From an uncultured Acidobacteriota bacterium (GTDB lineage: Bacteria; Acidobacteriota; Thermoanaerobaculia; UBA5066; Gp7-AA6), in NCBI GenBank assembly GCA_963764715.1, contig CAVXTP010000018.1:1-64000 (forward strand): 64,000 nucleotides of DNA, read 5' to 3'. Below, piece by piece: positions 47,143 to 56,893 of this stretch. The stretch's first letter is position 1. Each line of letters starts with the position of its first letter. The notes beneath the pieces were generated by a model that worked only from the letters and a program-made list of their open reading frames with translations, did not search any database and was not told where the DNA came from. Position numbers and translations under genes: made by a program.

Positions 47143-48909
47143 GTGCGCCTGGAAGACCTCGGCCTCATCGGCAATTGCCAGTTCTCGGCGCTCATCCATC
47201 GCACGGGCGAGGTCGTCTGGTGCTGCCTGCCGCGCTTCGACTCGGAGCCGGTCTTCTCGACGCTGCTCGACCACGAGGGCGGCGGACGGTTTGCCGTCGG
47301 CGCGGTGGACGGAGCGGCCGGAGTCCAACGCTACGTCGAGAATACGAACGTTCTCGAGACCAACTTCCGAACGGAAGGCGGTTCCTTCCGAGTTCTGGAC
47401 TTTGCTCCGCTCTTCATTCAGCACGGGCGGGTCTTCCATCCCACGCAGCTTCTCCGGATCGTCGAACCGGTGGAGGGAACTCCGCACATACGAGTGAACT
47501 GTGATCCGCGGATCGGCTGGTCGAAGGCCCTCCCCGCACAGCTTCGGGGCTCCAACCACGTTCGCTTCGACGGCTTCGCGAGTCCTATGAGACTCACGAC
47601 CGACGTGCCGCTCTCCTACCTTGGCGGTACACCCTTCGCTCTCTCGCAGCGCCGGCATTTGGCTCTCACGTGGGGACCGCCGATCGAAGAGCCCCTCCCC
47701 GCGCTTTGCGACCGCTTCCTGGGCGACACCGTTCGGTACTGGCAGCGATGGGTCAAGCAGTGCAACATCCCTCCCCTTTATCAACGGGAGGTCATTCGTT
47801 CAGCCCTGGCGCTCAAGCTTCACTGCTTCGAGGACACAGGCGCCATCGTCGCGTCCATGACGACGTCCATTCCCGAAGCGGCAGGCAGCGGGCGGACCTG
47901 GGACTACCGGTATTGCTGGCTGCGGGACGCCTACTACGCCCTCGGCGCACTCCGTCGGCTTGGCCACTTCGAGGAGCGCGAGAATTTCACTCAGTACCTG
48001 CTCAACATCGTTGCCGAGGCGCCGGACCTGAAGCTCTCCCCGCTCTACCGTGTCGACGGGACCTGCGATCTCGAGGAACGGGTCCTCGACAGCTGGCCCG
48101 GCTATGGCGGCGACGGGCCGGTCCGCGTTGGCAATGGTGCCGCCCGGCACGTTCAGAACGACATCTACGGCGAGATGGTTCTCGCCCTGACGCCGGTTTT
48201 TCTCGACGAGCGGTTTACCGCGGAGCGCTCGCAGGCAACCCTCGACCTGCTGGAGCGGTTGGCCCGGAGGGCCATCTCGGTCGTGGGGACTCCCGACGCC
48301 GGCATTTGGGAATACCGCACGGAGTGGAAGCCGCAGACCTTCTCGAGCCTCATGTGCTGGGCCGCCGTGGATCGGATGTCCCGTGTTGCCGCTCAACACG
48401 CACCCGGCCTGGAAGCGGAATTCCGGAGCGCCTCGGCTCGCATTCGCGAGGAGATCACCGACAAGGCGTGGAATCTGGAACTCGGGGCCTTCGTTGCGAC
48501 CTACGGTGGAGGAGACCTCGATGCGTCGCTCCTCCAGATGGCAACTCTGCATTTACTGCCGGCCGACGACCCGCGGCTGCGAGGAACGGTCGACGCGATC
48601 TGGAAGGGGCTCTCGAGAGACGGTTGGCTGTTCCGCTATCGGCTCGACGACGGCTTTGGTCGACCGACCGTCGCATTCATCATCTGTACGTTCTGGCTCG
48701 TGGAAGCTCTGGCCTCGACCGGGCGCGTGAACGAGGCCAAGACGGTCATGGACCGCATTCACTCAGCCCTTTCGCCGCTCGGCCTCCTCTCCGAAGACTA
48801 CGAGACCTCCGGCCTGCGAATGTGGGGCAACTTCCCGCAGGCGTATTCGCACGCAGGCCTCATCCTCGCGGGCTTCGCCGCGTCGCCCCGGTGGGCGGAA
48901 ATACTCTGA
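47143..48909 (+). CDS. Glycoside hydrolase family 15 (trehalase-like)
   Basis: CLPRFDS, WDYRYCWLRD, DAGIWE, GNFPQAYSH. Confidence 0.9.
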   Translation: MRLEDLGLIGNCQFSALIHRTGEVVWCCLPRFDSEPVFSTLLDHEGGGRFAVGAVDGAAGVQRYVENTNVLETNFRTEGGSFRVLDFAPLFIQHGRVFHPTQLLRIVEPVEGTPHIRVNCDPRIGWSKALPAQLRGSNHVRFDGFASPMRLTTDVPLSYLGGTPFALSQRRHLALTWGPPIEEPLPALCDRFLGDTVRYWQRWVKQCNIPPLYQREVIRSALALKLHCFEDTGAIVASMTTSIPEAAGSGRTWDYRYCWLRDAYYALGALRRLGHFEERENFTQYLLNIVAEAPDLKLSPLYRVDGTCDLEERVLDSWPGYGGDGPVRVGNGAARHVQNDIYGEMVLALTPVFLDERFTAERSQATLDLLERLARRAISVVGTPDAGIWEYRTEWKPQTFSSLMCWAAVDRMSRVAAQHAPGLEAEFRSASARIREEITDKAWNLELGAFVATYGGGDLDASLLQMATLHLLPADDPRLRGTVDAIWKGLSRDGWLFRYRLDDGFGRPTVAFIICTFWLVEALASTGRVNEAKTVMDRIHSALSPLGLLSEDYETSGLRMWGNFPQAYSHAGLILAGFAASPRWAEIL

Positions 48910-49078
48910 GGAAGTCCTTCAGCCGCCGGTGATTCGTGATGCGGGCTGATGGACAAGACGCGTCCTCGCCGGCCGATCCTCGCGGTGCGCGAGCAGAAGG
49001 CGAGCCAATTCGGGGACCCAACATCGCGGAGCCACACCTCTATGAGAAGGGCGGCTCTGAACTGGAATGAACGTAGTG

Positions 49079-49439
49079 TGGTGGAGGCGGCGGGAGTTGA
49101 ACCCGCGTCCGGAAGCGCGGCGGGAGAGGCCACTCCATGCTCAGCCTCTTCTTGGTTCTCGCCCTGCCGCCTCGAGAAGAGGCAAAACGGCGGCAGGGCA
49201 ACCCCGAATTTGTTTCGCCGCTCCGTCCGGGGATCCGGAGCCGCTACACCCGAATTTCGCGACGTCGGCCGAAGCGCGTCGGGTGCGCTATCCGGCCAAC
49301 GAGGCTACTTAATTAAGCAGCCAGAGCGAAGTTGCTGTTGTTCGCAGCTACTATTTTTCACCCTGCTTTTACGAGGAGGGGTGAGACCTCGGCATGCGAC
49401 CTCTCGCGTCATCGTCCCCGTCGAAGCCGTTTCGCCCCC
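49079..49439 (-). ncRNA. ssrA: tmRNA
   Basis: 5' GGGGGCGAAACGGCTTCGACG; tag ORF ANNSNFALAA* (49345-49313); 3' GGGTTCAACTCCCGCCGCCTCCACCA. Confidence 0.97.
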
Positions 49440-49550
49440 ACGTGGTCTCGATCGCAAGAGACTCAAAGAACGGAGCGGAAGTGTAACACCCGCGGCACTG
49501 TGGTTCTTCCCGGCTTGACTCCCACCCACCGCTGGGGTCCAATCCGCGCC

Positions 49551-49979
49551 GTGGCATCCCGGGATCTGATCGTCGTCGTAACCTCCGTGGGGACGGAAGA
49601 GCAGGCCCTCGACGTCGCGCACGCCCTGGTGCGCGGCAAGCGGGCCGCCTGCGTCAACATCATCCCGAACGTGCACTCGATCTACCGCTGGAAAGGCCGG
49701 GTGTGCGACGACGGCGAAATGCTCCTCATCATCAAGACGCGCGCGTCGAGCTTCGAGGCCGTGCGCGAGACGATCCACCGCATCAACACGTACGAGCTGC
49801 CCGAAGTGCTCGGCTACCGCGTGGACTGGGCGTCGAAGGGCTTCACCGACTGGATCGAGAAGATGACGACCGCGCCCAAACGCAAGGCGGCCGCCGCGAA
49901 GGGGCCCGCGGCGAGGAAGGCCGCGCGCAGGAAGTCCGCCGCGCGACCGACACGGAAGACCGGGCGCGCGAAGGCTTGA
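49551..49979 (+). CDS. cutA: Divalent cation tolerance protein CutA with basic tail
   Basis: AACVNI..SIYRWKG..E.LLIIKT..YELPEV. Confidence 0.88.
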   Translation: MASRDLIVVVTSVGTEEQALDVAHALVRGKRAACVNIIPNVHSIYRWKGRVCDDGEMLLIIKTRASSFEAVRETIHRINTYELPEVLGYRVDWASKGFTDWIEKMTTAPKRKAAAAKGPAARKAARRKSAARPTRKTGRAKA

Positions 49980-50055
49980 GGTCGCTCCCACGAGCGCGAC
50001 GGTCGCGTTCCTCTCCATCTTTCTCGGGCTGACCTCCGGAGACCAGCAGGTCCGG

Positions 50056-51276
50056 TTGAACGTCCAGGGCCGCGTGGCCGAGGTCGAGCTCCGGCTCGAC
50101 GGCGAGACCGTCGCGACACTCGACAGCCCGCCCTGGGTCGTGCCGCTCGACCTGGGCCCGGCGCTCGCTCCGCACGAGCTGGTGGCGCGCGCGCTCGACG
50201 AGCGAGGCGCCGAGCTCGCCCGCGCGCGGCAGTGGATCAACATGCCGCGGCCGCCGGCCGAGGCGAAGATCCTCCTCGAGCGCGACGCGAGCGGGCGCGT
50301 GAAGGCGGCCTCGATCGCCTGGCAGAACCTGCTCGGCGAAACGCCCTCGTCGGTGGCGGTCAGCTTCGACGGGCGGCCGATCGCCGTCGACACGCTGCGC
50401 CGGGTCGTGATCCCCGCGTACGCGCCCGAGGTCTCGCACATCCTGACCGTCGAGCTCGAGTACGAGAGCGGCATGAGCTCGCGGGACGACCTGGCGATCG
50501 GCGGCGCGGCAGGCGAGGAGGCGCAGAGCGAGCTGACCGCGGTGCCGATGCGGCGGCCCGGTAAGGCGCGCCTCGAGCCGCGTACCTCTGAGGGGATGCT
50601 CCGCACCGGAGGAAAGCCGCTCCGGGTGGCCAAGGTCGAGGAGGGGAGCGCGTCCCTCTGGATCGTCCGCGACGAGAGCGCGCTCGAGGCATACCGGAAG
50701 CTGCGGGAGGCCGGGGGCGACAAGATCGGGCGTCTCTTCGCGCCCGCCGCCCTCCCCCTGAAGAAAGACGACTCGGTCCGTTTCCTGTGGCCGCGCCCCC
50801 GGGGAGTCGGGGGCGCCGGCGTGCCCACGGCGCTCTTCCCGTCTTCGCAGGAATTCACGCGGAAGGACGGCGGCCTCGCCTTCCTGCTCGAGCACATCGC
50901 CAACACCGAGCCGGCCGGCCTCTTCCCGATGTACACCGATGCCGTCGCCGTCGCAGGCCTGAATGCCTTCGACAGCCACGGCCGGCGCGCGGTGCTTCTC
51001 GTTCTCGGCGGGTCCTCGCCGGACCTCTCGACCTACAAGCCGCCGGTCGTCCGGCGGTACCTCGAGATCCTCCGCGTGCCGCTCTTCGTGTGGTCCCTCG
51101 AAACGGAGCCGCCCGAGGGCTCGCCCTGGGGAGCCGTCGAAGCCATCGGGACGAGCCGCGGCATGCGCGCCGCCTACGAGCGGCTGCGAAGCGCGCTCGA
51201 CTCCCAGGCGATCGTCTGGGTCGAGGGCCGCCTTCTGCCCCAGGAGATCGAGGTCGTCGAGCGACCTTCCCCCTGA
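50056..51276 (+). CDS. Hypothetical protein (Ig-like N-terminus, vWA-like C-terminus)
   Basis: Long ORF with typical codon use; frame stays open upstream through a hydrophobic stretch, so the start is uncertain. Confidence 0.6.
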   Translation: MNVQGRVAEVELRLDGETVATLDSPPWVVPLDLGPALAPHELVARALDERGAELARARQWINMPRPPAEAKILLERDASGRVKAASIAWQNLLGETPSSVAVSFDGRPIAVDTLRRVVIPAYAPEVSHILTVELEYESGMSSRDDLAIGGAAGEEAQSELTAVPMRRPGKARLEPRTSEGMLRTGGKPLRVAKVEEGSASLWIVRDESALEAYRKLREAGGDKIGRLFAPAALPLKKDDSVRFLWPRPRGVGGAGVPTALFPSSQEFTRKDGGLAFLLEHIANTEPAGLFPMYTDAVAVAGLNAFDSHGRRAVLLVLGGSSPDLSTYKPPVVRRYLEILRVPLFVWSLETEPPEGSPWGAVEAIGTSRGMRAAYERLRSALDSQAIVWVEGRLLPQEIEVVERPSP

Positions 51277-51385
51277 TCCGCGGACGCGCCAGCCAGGGTC
51301 AGCCCTGAGCCGGCCACCGGAGGTAGACCCCCGGCAGTAGGCAACGCGTGCGTGGCACGGCGTTTACTCGAATGCAGCTTCCGGG

Positions 51386-52519
51386 TTAACCCAGCGCCTG
51401 GTCGAGGTCGGCCAGGATGTCCGCGGCGTCCTCGATGCCGACCGAGATCCGCACAAGCCCGGACGTGACGCCGAGGCGGTTGCGCTCCTCTTCGGGGATC
51501 GAGCCGTGCGTCATCGAGGCGGGGTGCGAGATCAGGGTCTCGACGCCGCCGAGGCTCTCGCCGAGCGAGCACAGCCGCACCTTCGCGAGAAACGCGCCCG
51601 CGGCTTCGAGCGAGCCGAGGTCGAAGGAGATCATCGCTCCGAACCCGCGCATCTGCTTCTTCGCCAGTGCGTGCTGGGGATGGGACGCGAGCCCCGGATA
51701 GTGGACCTGCTTGATCTTCGAGTGCTTCGCGAGGTGCGCGGCGACCTTGCGGCCGTTCTCCTCGTGGCGCTCCATCCGGACGACGAGCGTCTTGATCCCG
51801 CGCAGCACGAGGAACGAGTCCATCGGCGAGAGGATCGCCCCCGAGCTGTTCTGTACGAAGCCGAGCCACTCCACGTGCTCCTTCGCCTTTGCGATCGCGA
51901 TGCCGCCGACCGTGTCGGAGTGGCCGCCGAGAAACTTCGTCGTCGAGTGCATGACGATGTCGGCCCCGAGGGAGAGCGGCTGCTGCAGGTACGGCGAGGC
52001 GAAGGTGTTGTCGACGACGACGATCGCGCCGACCCGGTGGGCGAGCTCCGAGAGCTGCGCGATGTCGGCCAGGCGCATCGTCGGGTTGGTCGGGGACTCG
52101 AGGTGGAGCATCCGCGTCTCGGGGCGGATCGCTCGCTCGACCGCCGCCGGGTCGGCCGTGTCGACGAAGTCGAACGTCACGCCGTAGCGGGCCAGGATCT
52201 TCGTGTAGTAGCGGTAGGTCCCGCCGTACGTCATGTTGGAGCAGACGACGTGCTCGCCCTGCTTGACGAAGGTCGAGATCGCGGTGATCGCCGCCATGCC
52301 CGAGGCGAAGGCCTTCGCTCCCGTCCCGCCCTCGAGGACCGTCAGGTTCTCCTCGAGCCGGGCGCGCGTCGGGTTCTGCGTGCGCGCGTACTCGAAGCCC
52401 TTGTGCTGGCCGAGGGCCTCCTGCACGTAGGTCGAGGTCTGGTAGATCGGGAACGAGACGGACCCGGTCGCGGGCTCCGGCGCGTTGCCGGCGTGGATGC
52501 AGTCGGTCGAAAAGCCCAT
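51386..52519 (-). CDS. Cystathionine gamma-synthase/lyase (PLP)
   Basis: PIYQTSTY, YARTQNPT, FASGMAA, ESPTNP, HSTTKFLGGHSD. Confidence 0.92.
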   Translation of the reverse strand: MGFSTDCIHAGNAPEPATGSVSFPIYQTSTYVQEALGQHKGFEYARTQNPTRARLEENLTVLEGGTGAKAFASGMAAITAISTFVKQGEHVVCSNMTYGGTYRYYTKILARYGVTFDFVDTADPAAVERAIRPETRMLHLESPTNPTMRLADIAQLSELAHRVGAIVVVDNTFASPYLQQPLSLGADIVMHSTTKFLGGHSDTVGGIAIAKAKEHVEWLGFVQNSSGAILSPMDSFLVLRGIKTLVVRMERHEENGRKVAAHLAKHSKIKQVHYPGLASHPQHALAKKQMRGFGAMISFDLGSLEAAGAFLAKVRLCSLGESLGGVETLISHPASMTHGSIPEEERNRLGVTSGLVRISVGIEDAADILADLDQALG

Positions 52520-52535
52520 CGCCGTCCTTTCGGTT

Positions 52536-53501
52536 CTAGCTGTTGAAGATGCCCTGGTTCGGGTAGCGCTCGGCGCCGTCGGGGAAGAGGGTCACGACGG
52601 TCTTCCCGGGCCCGAGGCGCCGGGCGACCTGAAGGGCCGCGTTCGCGGCGGCGCCCGAGGAGCCGCCCACGAAGAGGCCCTCCTCGCGGGCGAGCGCCTG
52701 GCAGGTCGCGAAGGCCGGCGCGTCGGGGACGGTGACGACCTCGTCGATCAGGCTGCGGTCGAGGATCGGCCAGATCTGCGAAAGCCCGATGCCCTCGACC
52801 TCGTGGGGGCCGATCGTCCCGCCCCCGAGGATCGAGCCCTGCGGCTCGACGGCGACGCGCAGCAGGTCCCCCTGACGCTCCGTCAGATAGCGGGCGACGC
52901 CGATGAAGGTGCCCGTCGTGCCGACGCCGGCGACCCACGCGTCGACCCGCCCGCCGACCTGCTCGGCGATCTCGGGGCCGGTCGTCTCGTAGTGCGTCCG
53001 GGGATTCACCGGATTCTGGAACTGGGCGGGAAGGTAGGAGCCGGGAGTCGAGGAGGCGATCGCGACGGCGCGGGCGACGGCGCCCGACATTCGGTCCTCG
53101 ACGGGTGTCCGCACGACCTCGGCCCCCGCCGCCGTCATGAGCCTCGCCTTGACCTCGCCCGAGCCCTCGGGCATCACGATGATGCAGCGATAGCCGCGCG
53201 AGGCGGCGAGCAGCGCCAGGGCCACGCCCGTGTTCCCCGACGTCGCCTCGACGATCGTGCCGCCCGGGGCGAGGAGGCCGCGCTGCTCGGCGTCGTCGAG
53301 CATCGACCTCGCGATGCGGTCCTTGACGCTCCCGCCCGGGTTGAACCACTCGAGCTTGGCGTAGATGCGCGCGGCCCCGCGCGCGAAGCGCGGCATTTCG
53401 ACGAGCGGGGTGGAGCCGATCGCGCCGGAAAGGCGCCCGGCCGGGCGGGGGGCAGTCTCGGAATCGGGAAGCTTGGCGGCCAAGATGTGACTCCGCGCCA
53501 C
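52536..53501 (-). CDS. Cysteine synthase / cystathionine beta-synthase family
   Basis: KLEWFNPGGSVKDR, EATSGNTG, GVGTTGT. Confidence 0.9.
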   Translation of the reverse strand: MARSHILAAKLPDSETAPRPAGRLSGAIGSTPLVEMPRFARGAARIYAKLEWFNPGGSVKDRIARSMLDDAEQRGLLAPGGTIVEATSGNTGVALALLAASRGYRCIIVMPEGSGEVKARLMTAAGAEVVRTPVEDRMSGAVARAVAIASSTPGSYLPAQFQNPVNPRTHYETTGPEIAEQVGGRVDAWVAGVGTTGTFIGVARYLTERQGDLLRVAVEPQGSILGGGTIGPHEVEGIGLSQIWPILDRSLIDEVVTVPDAPAFATCQALAREEGLFVGGSSGAAANAALQVARRLGPGKTVVTLFPDGAERYPNQGIFNS

Positions 53502-53507
53502 GATAAC

Positions 53508-53536
53508 AAAAAAAGCCCCGGCGAATGCCGGGGCTT
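53508..53536 (-). terminator. Intrinsic terminator
   Basis: AAGCCCCGGC-GAAT-GCCGGGGCTT plus a 7-T run on the minus strand. Confidence 0.85.
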
Positions 53537-53553
53537 CGAAGAGACGGGACGGT

Positions 53554-53853
53554 TTAGTAGGCCTGCTGCGAGCGGCGAGCCGAGTAGCACTCGCGGCAGT
53601 AGACGGGCTTGCCGTTGGTCGGGTTGAACGGCACCTGCGTCTGCTTGCCGCAGCCGTCGCAGGTCACGTCGTAGAAGGTGCGCTCGCGGCCCTCTCCCGA
53701 GGACGTCTTGCGCTTGTCGCGGCAGGGCTTGCAGCGCTTGGGCTCGTTGGTGAAGCCCTTGCGCGCGTAGAACTCCTGGTCGTCGGCCGAGAAAAGGAAG
53801 GTTCCCCCACAGTCGACGCACGTGAGGTTCTTGTCCGTGTATTGCTGCATCAT
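53554..53853 (-). CDS. Zinc-ribbon / CxxC-x17-CxxC protein
   Basis: DKNLTCVDCG..F...QEFYARKGF.NEPKRCKPCR; CDGCG..VPF.P...PVYCRECY. Confidence 0.9.
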   Translation of the reverse strand: MMQQYTDKNLTCVDCGGTFLFSADDQEFYARKGFTNEPKRCKPCRDKRKTSSGEGRERTFYDVTCDGCGKQTQVPFNPTNGKPVYCRECYSARRSQQAY

Positions 53854-54240
53854 GGAAGTTACAGATCTCCTGGGTTTAATCCCCTGGCCGGGCGGTTGTC
53901 CGCTCCGGCGAAAAAAATGGCGAAACGAATACAGAACTCTGGAGTAATCCGGCGCCCTGCGCCGGGATCAAGCTCTCTCTAGGACCAACCCCCTTTCGAA
54001 ACGCGAACGCCTCCCCGCAAGAGGGCGTACGGATGGGGGATGGAAAGCATAAAGGCGGCGGTTAGGGTCGTGCGGGGTCTTCGTAAAAGCTGGCGGAACG
54101 TAGCACGGGGCTTGAAATCGTTGCAAGCGGAATCTGTACCCAAGGACAGGGCGCGGGGGGCGCCGGGGAGCCGTGGGGGCGGGGCGGGACGCCGGAGGGC
54201 GGGCACAAGCCACGCCCCTGCATGCACATAGGCCTTCACG

Positions 54241-55053
54241 CTAACTGCCGATGACGCCCCCGGTGGGTGAGGAGGCGGTAGCGTAGCGCTTGCGCGGTAT
54301 CCGGCCGGCGAGGAAGGCGTCGCGGCCCGCCCGGACCGCATCGCGCATGGCCCGGGCCATGCGCACGGGGTCGGCGGCGCCCGCGATCCCGGTGTTCATC
54401 AGGACGCCCGCGGCGCCGAGCTCCATCGCGACGCAGGCGTCCGAGGCCGTTCCGACACCGGCGTCCACGATGACCGGGACTTTCGCGCGCTCGAGGATGA
54501 TCGAGATCGAGTTCGGGTTCTGGATGCCGAGGCCGGAGCCGATCGGCGCGCCGAGCGGCATGACCGCGGCGGCGCCCGCCTCCTCGAGCCGCCGGCAGAC
54601 GATCGGATCGTCCGAGGTGTAGGGGAAGACGACGAACCCCTCCTTCACGAGGGTCTTCGTCGCCGAGAGCAGCGCCTCGTTGTCGGGCCACAGCGTCTGC
54701 TCGTCGCCGAGCACCTCGAGCTTGACCCAGTTCGAGAGGCCGACCTCCCGCCCGAGCCGGGCGGCGCGGACCGCGTCCTCGGCCGTGTAACAGCCCGCGG
54801 TGTTCGGCAGGAGGGTCATTCCCTTCGGGATGTAGTCGAGGAGCGATTCCTTCGAGCGGTCGGTGAGGTTCACGCGGCGCACGGCGACCGTCACGATCTC
54901 GGCGGCCGATTCCTCCAGGGCCGCCTTCATGAGGGGAAAGGTCGCGTACTTGCCGGTCCCGACGATCAGCCGCGAAACGAACGTCCGCCCGCCGAAAACG
55001 AAGGGATCGGCGGCGGTCGCGGGAGGCGTGTCGAGGGTCGTGTCGGTCGACAT
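54241..55053 (-). CDS. thiG: Thiazole synthase
   Basis: [33 protein letters not shown]. Confidence 0.95.
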   Translation of the reverse strand: MSTDTTLDTPPATAADPFVFGGRTFVSRLIVGTGKYATFPLMKAALEESAAEIVTVAVRRVNLTDRSKESLLDYIPKGMTLLPNTAGCYTAEDAVRAARLGREVGLSNWVKLEVLGDEQTLWPDNEALLSATKTLVKEGFVVFPYTSDDPIVCRRLEEAGAAAVMPLGAPIGSGLGIQNPNSISIILERAKVPVIVDAGVGTASDACVAMELGAAGVLMNTGIAGAADPVRMARAMRDAVRAGRDAFLAGRIPRKRYATASSPTGGVIGS

Positions 55054-55065
55054 GGGGACCCCTGT

Positions 55066-55926
55066 TTAATCCGCGGTTCGTTCCGGGTCAAGGAGGTAAA
55101 CGTTGTCGATCAGCCGCGTCTTCCCCAGCCGCACGGCGGCGGCGAGCGCCACGCCGGGCCGGACGTCGGCGGCCCGGGCCATGGTGACGGCGTCGACGGC
55201 TTCGACGTAGTCGACGGCGAGCCCGGCCGCTTCGAGCTGAATGAGCGCATCGGCCTCGAGCGCCCGGGCGTCCCGGACCCCGTGCTCGGCGCGGCGCCGG
55301 GCGGCGGAGAGCGTGCGCGACAGGTCGACGGCGCGGCGCCGGTCCTCGGCCGAGAGGTAGGCGTTGCGAGAGGACATCGCGAGGCCGTCGGGCTCCCGGA
55401 CGGTGTCGCCGACGACGAGCCGGATCGGAAAGTCGAGGTCGCGGACGAGGCGGCGCACGACGGCGACCTGCTGGAGGTCCTTGCGTCCGAACACGGCGAC
55501 GTCGGGGAGGACCTGCAGGAAGAGCTTCGTCACGACGGTCGCGACGCCCCGGAAGTGCCCGGGCCGTCGCGCGCCTTCTCCGCCTTCCGACACGCCCTCG
55601 ACCTCGACGTGGGTCGAGAAGTCGGCCGGATAGAACGCATCCGGCGACGGAAGGTAGAGCAGGTCGACGCCCTCGCGCTCGAGGAGGCGGGCATCCTCTT
55701 CTTCGCGGCGCGGGTACCGGGAGAAGTCTTCGTTCGGCCCGAACTGCAGCGGGTTGACGAAGACGGAGACGGCGACGAAGGGCGCATGGCGCTTCGCCAG
55801 GCGCACGAGCGAAAGGTGCCCGCCGTGCAGGGCTCCCATCGTCGGGACGAGCGCGACCGGCTCGCCGGCGGCCCGTGCCCGGCCGACGGCCGCGCGGAGG
55901 GCCGCGACGTCGGAAATGGTCTTCAC
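55066..55926 (-). CDS. panC: Pantoate-beta-alanine ligase
   Basis: PTMGALHGGH, FVNPLQF, GHFRGV, DGLAMSSRN, RLIDN. Confidence 0.95.
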   Translation of the reverse strand: MKTISDVAALRAAVGRARAAGEPVALVPTMGALHGGHLSLVRLAKRHAPFVAVSVFVNPLQFGPNEDFSRYPRREEEDARLLEREGVDLLYLPSPDAFYPADFSTHVEVEGVSEGGEGARRPGHFRGVATVVTKLFLQVLPDVAVFGRKDLQQVAVVRRLVRDLDFPIRLVVGDTVREPDGLAMSSRNAYLSAEDRRRAVDLSRTLSAARRRAEHGVRDARALEADALIQLEAAGLAVDYVEAVDAVTMARAADVRPGVALAAAVRLGKTRLIDNVYLLDPERTAD

Positions 55927-55953
55927 GAGCTCACGCGCCGGCCCGGACGTCGA

Positions 55954-56799
55954 TCAGTGCACCCGCCGGAGCGCCGGAGGCTTGCCGCTGAACGACTCCT
56001 CCTGCGACGGGAACGAGCCGTCCTTGACGTCCTTGCGAAACGCCCGGGCGGCGTCGCCGATCACCGTCGTCAGGTCCGCGTAGCGGCGGACGAACTTCGG
56101 CCGCAGGTCGCGCGTCAGGCCCATGACGTCGTGGAAGACGAGGACCTGCCCGTCGCAGTGCGGGCCGGCGCCGATCCCGAGCGTCGGGACGGAGATCTCC
56201 TGCGTGATCTCGGCGGCGAGCGACTCGGGCACGCACTCGAGCACGATCGCGAAGCAGCCGGCCGCGGCCAGGGCCTGCGCGTCTTCGCGGATCTCGCGCG
56301 CCGAGTCGACCTCGCGGCCCTGGACCTTGAACCCGCCGAACTTGCGGTAGGACTGGGGCGTCAGGCCCACGTGGCCCATGACCGGGATGTCCGCCGCGAG
56401 GATCGCCTCGACGGCCGGGAGGATCCGCTTTCCGCCCTCGACCTTGACCGCGGCGCAGCCGGCCTCGGCGAGGAAGCGGCCGGCGTTCTCGACGGCGCGG
56501 GAGGGCTCGACCTGGTACGAGAGGAACGGCATGTCGCCGACGACGACCGCGCGCTTCGTCGCGCGCGCCACCGCCCGCGAGTGCCGGACCATCTGATCCA
56601 TCGTCGCCGAAAGCGTGTTGGGCTCCCCGTAGACCGTCATCTCGACGGAGTCGCCGATGAGCAGGATGTCGATCCCCGCCTCGTCGAGCAGGCGCGCCGA
56701 GGGCGCGTCGTAGACGGTCAGCATCGAGATCTTCTCGCGGCCCTTGGCCGCGACGATCCGGGGGATCGAGAGGGCTTCGTCTTCCGGGAGGTCGGACAT
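55954..56799 (-). CDS. panB: 3-methyl-2-oxobutanoate hydroxymethyltransferase
   Basis: LIGDS, DMPF, VKVEGG, GHVGLTPQ, GIGAG..DGQVLV. Confidence 0.95.
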   Translation of the reverse strand: MSDLPEDEALSIPRIVAAKGREKISMLTVYDAPSARLLDEAGIDILLIGDSVEMTVYGEPNTLSATMDQMVRHSRAVARATKRAVVVGDMPFLSYQVEPSRAVENAGRFLAEAGCAAVKVEGGKRILPAVEAILAADIPVMGHVGLTPQSYRKFGGFKVQGREVDSAREIREDAQALAAAGCFAIVLECVPESLAAEITQEISVPTLGIGAGPHCDGQVLVFHDVMGLTRDLRPKFVRRYADLTTVIGDAARAFRKDVKDGSFPSQEESFSGKPPALRRVH

Positions 56800-56893
56800 C
56801 GTTCGCTCCTTGCCTTTCGGTCGACGTCCGCGACGGTGCGGATCGCCGCCGATCAGGGCGAGGAGAGGATTATATGCCCCGGGGGACGGCCCG

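Larger units (their letters stand above)
43769..49078. mobile_element. Integrase-less island A at the tmRNA site (trehalose cargo)
   Basis: Between ssrA and its perfect 26-bp 3' duplicate; visibly more A/T at third codon positions than flanking core genes. Confidence 0.8.
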
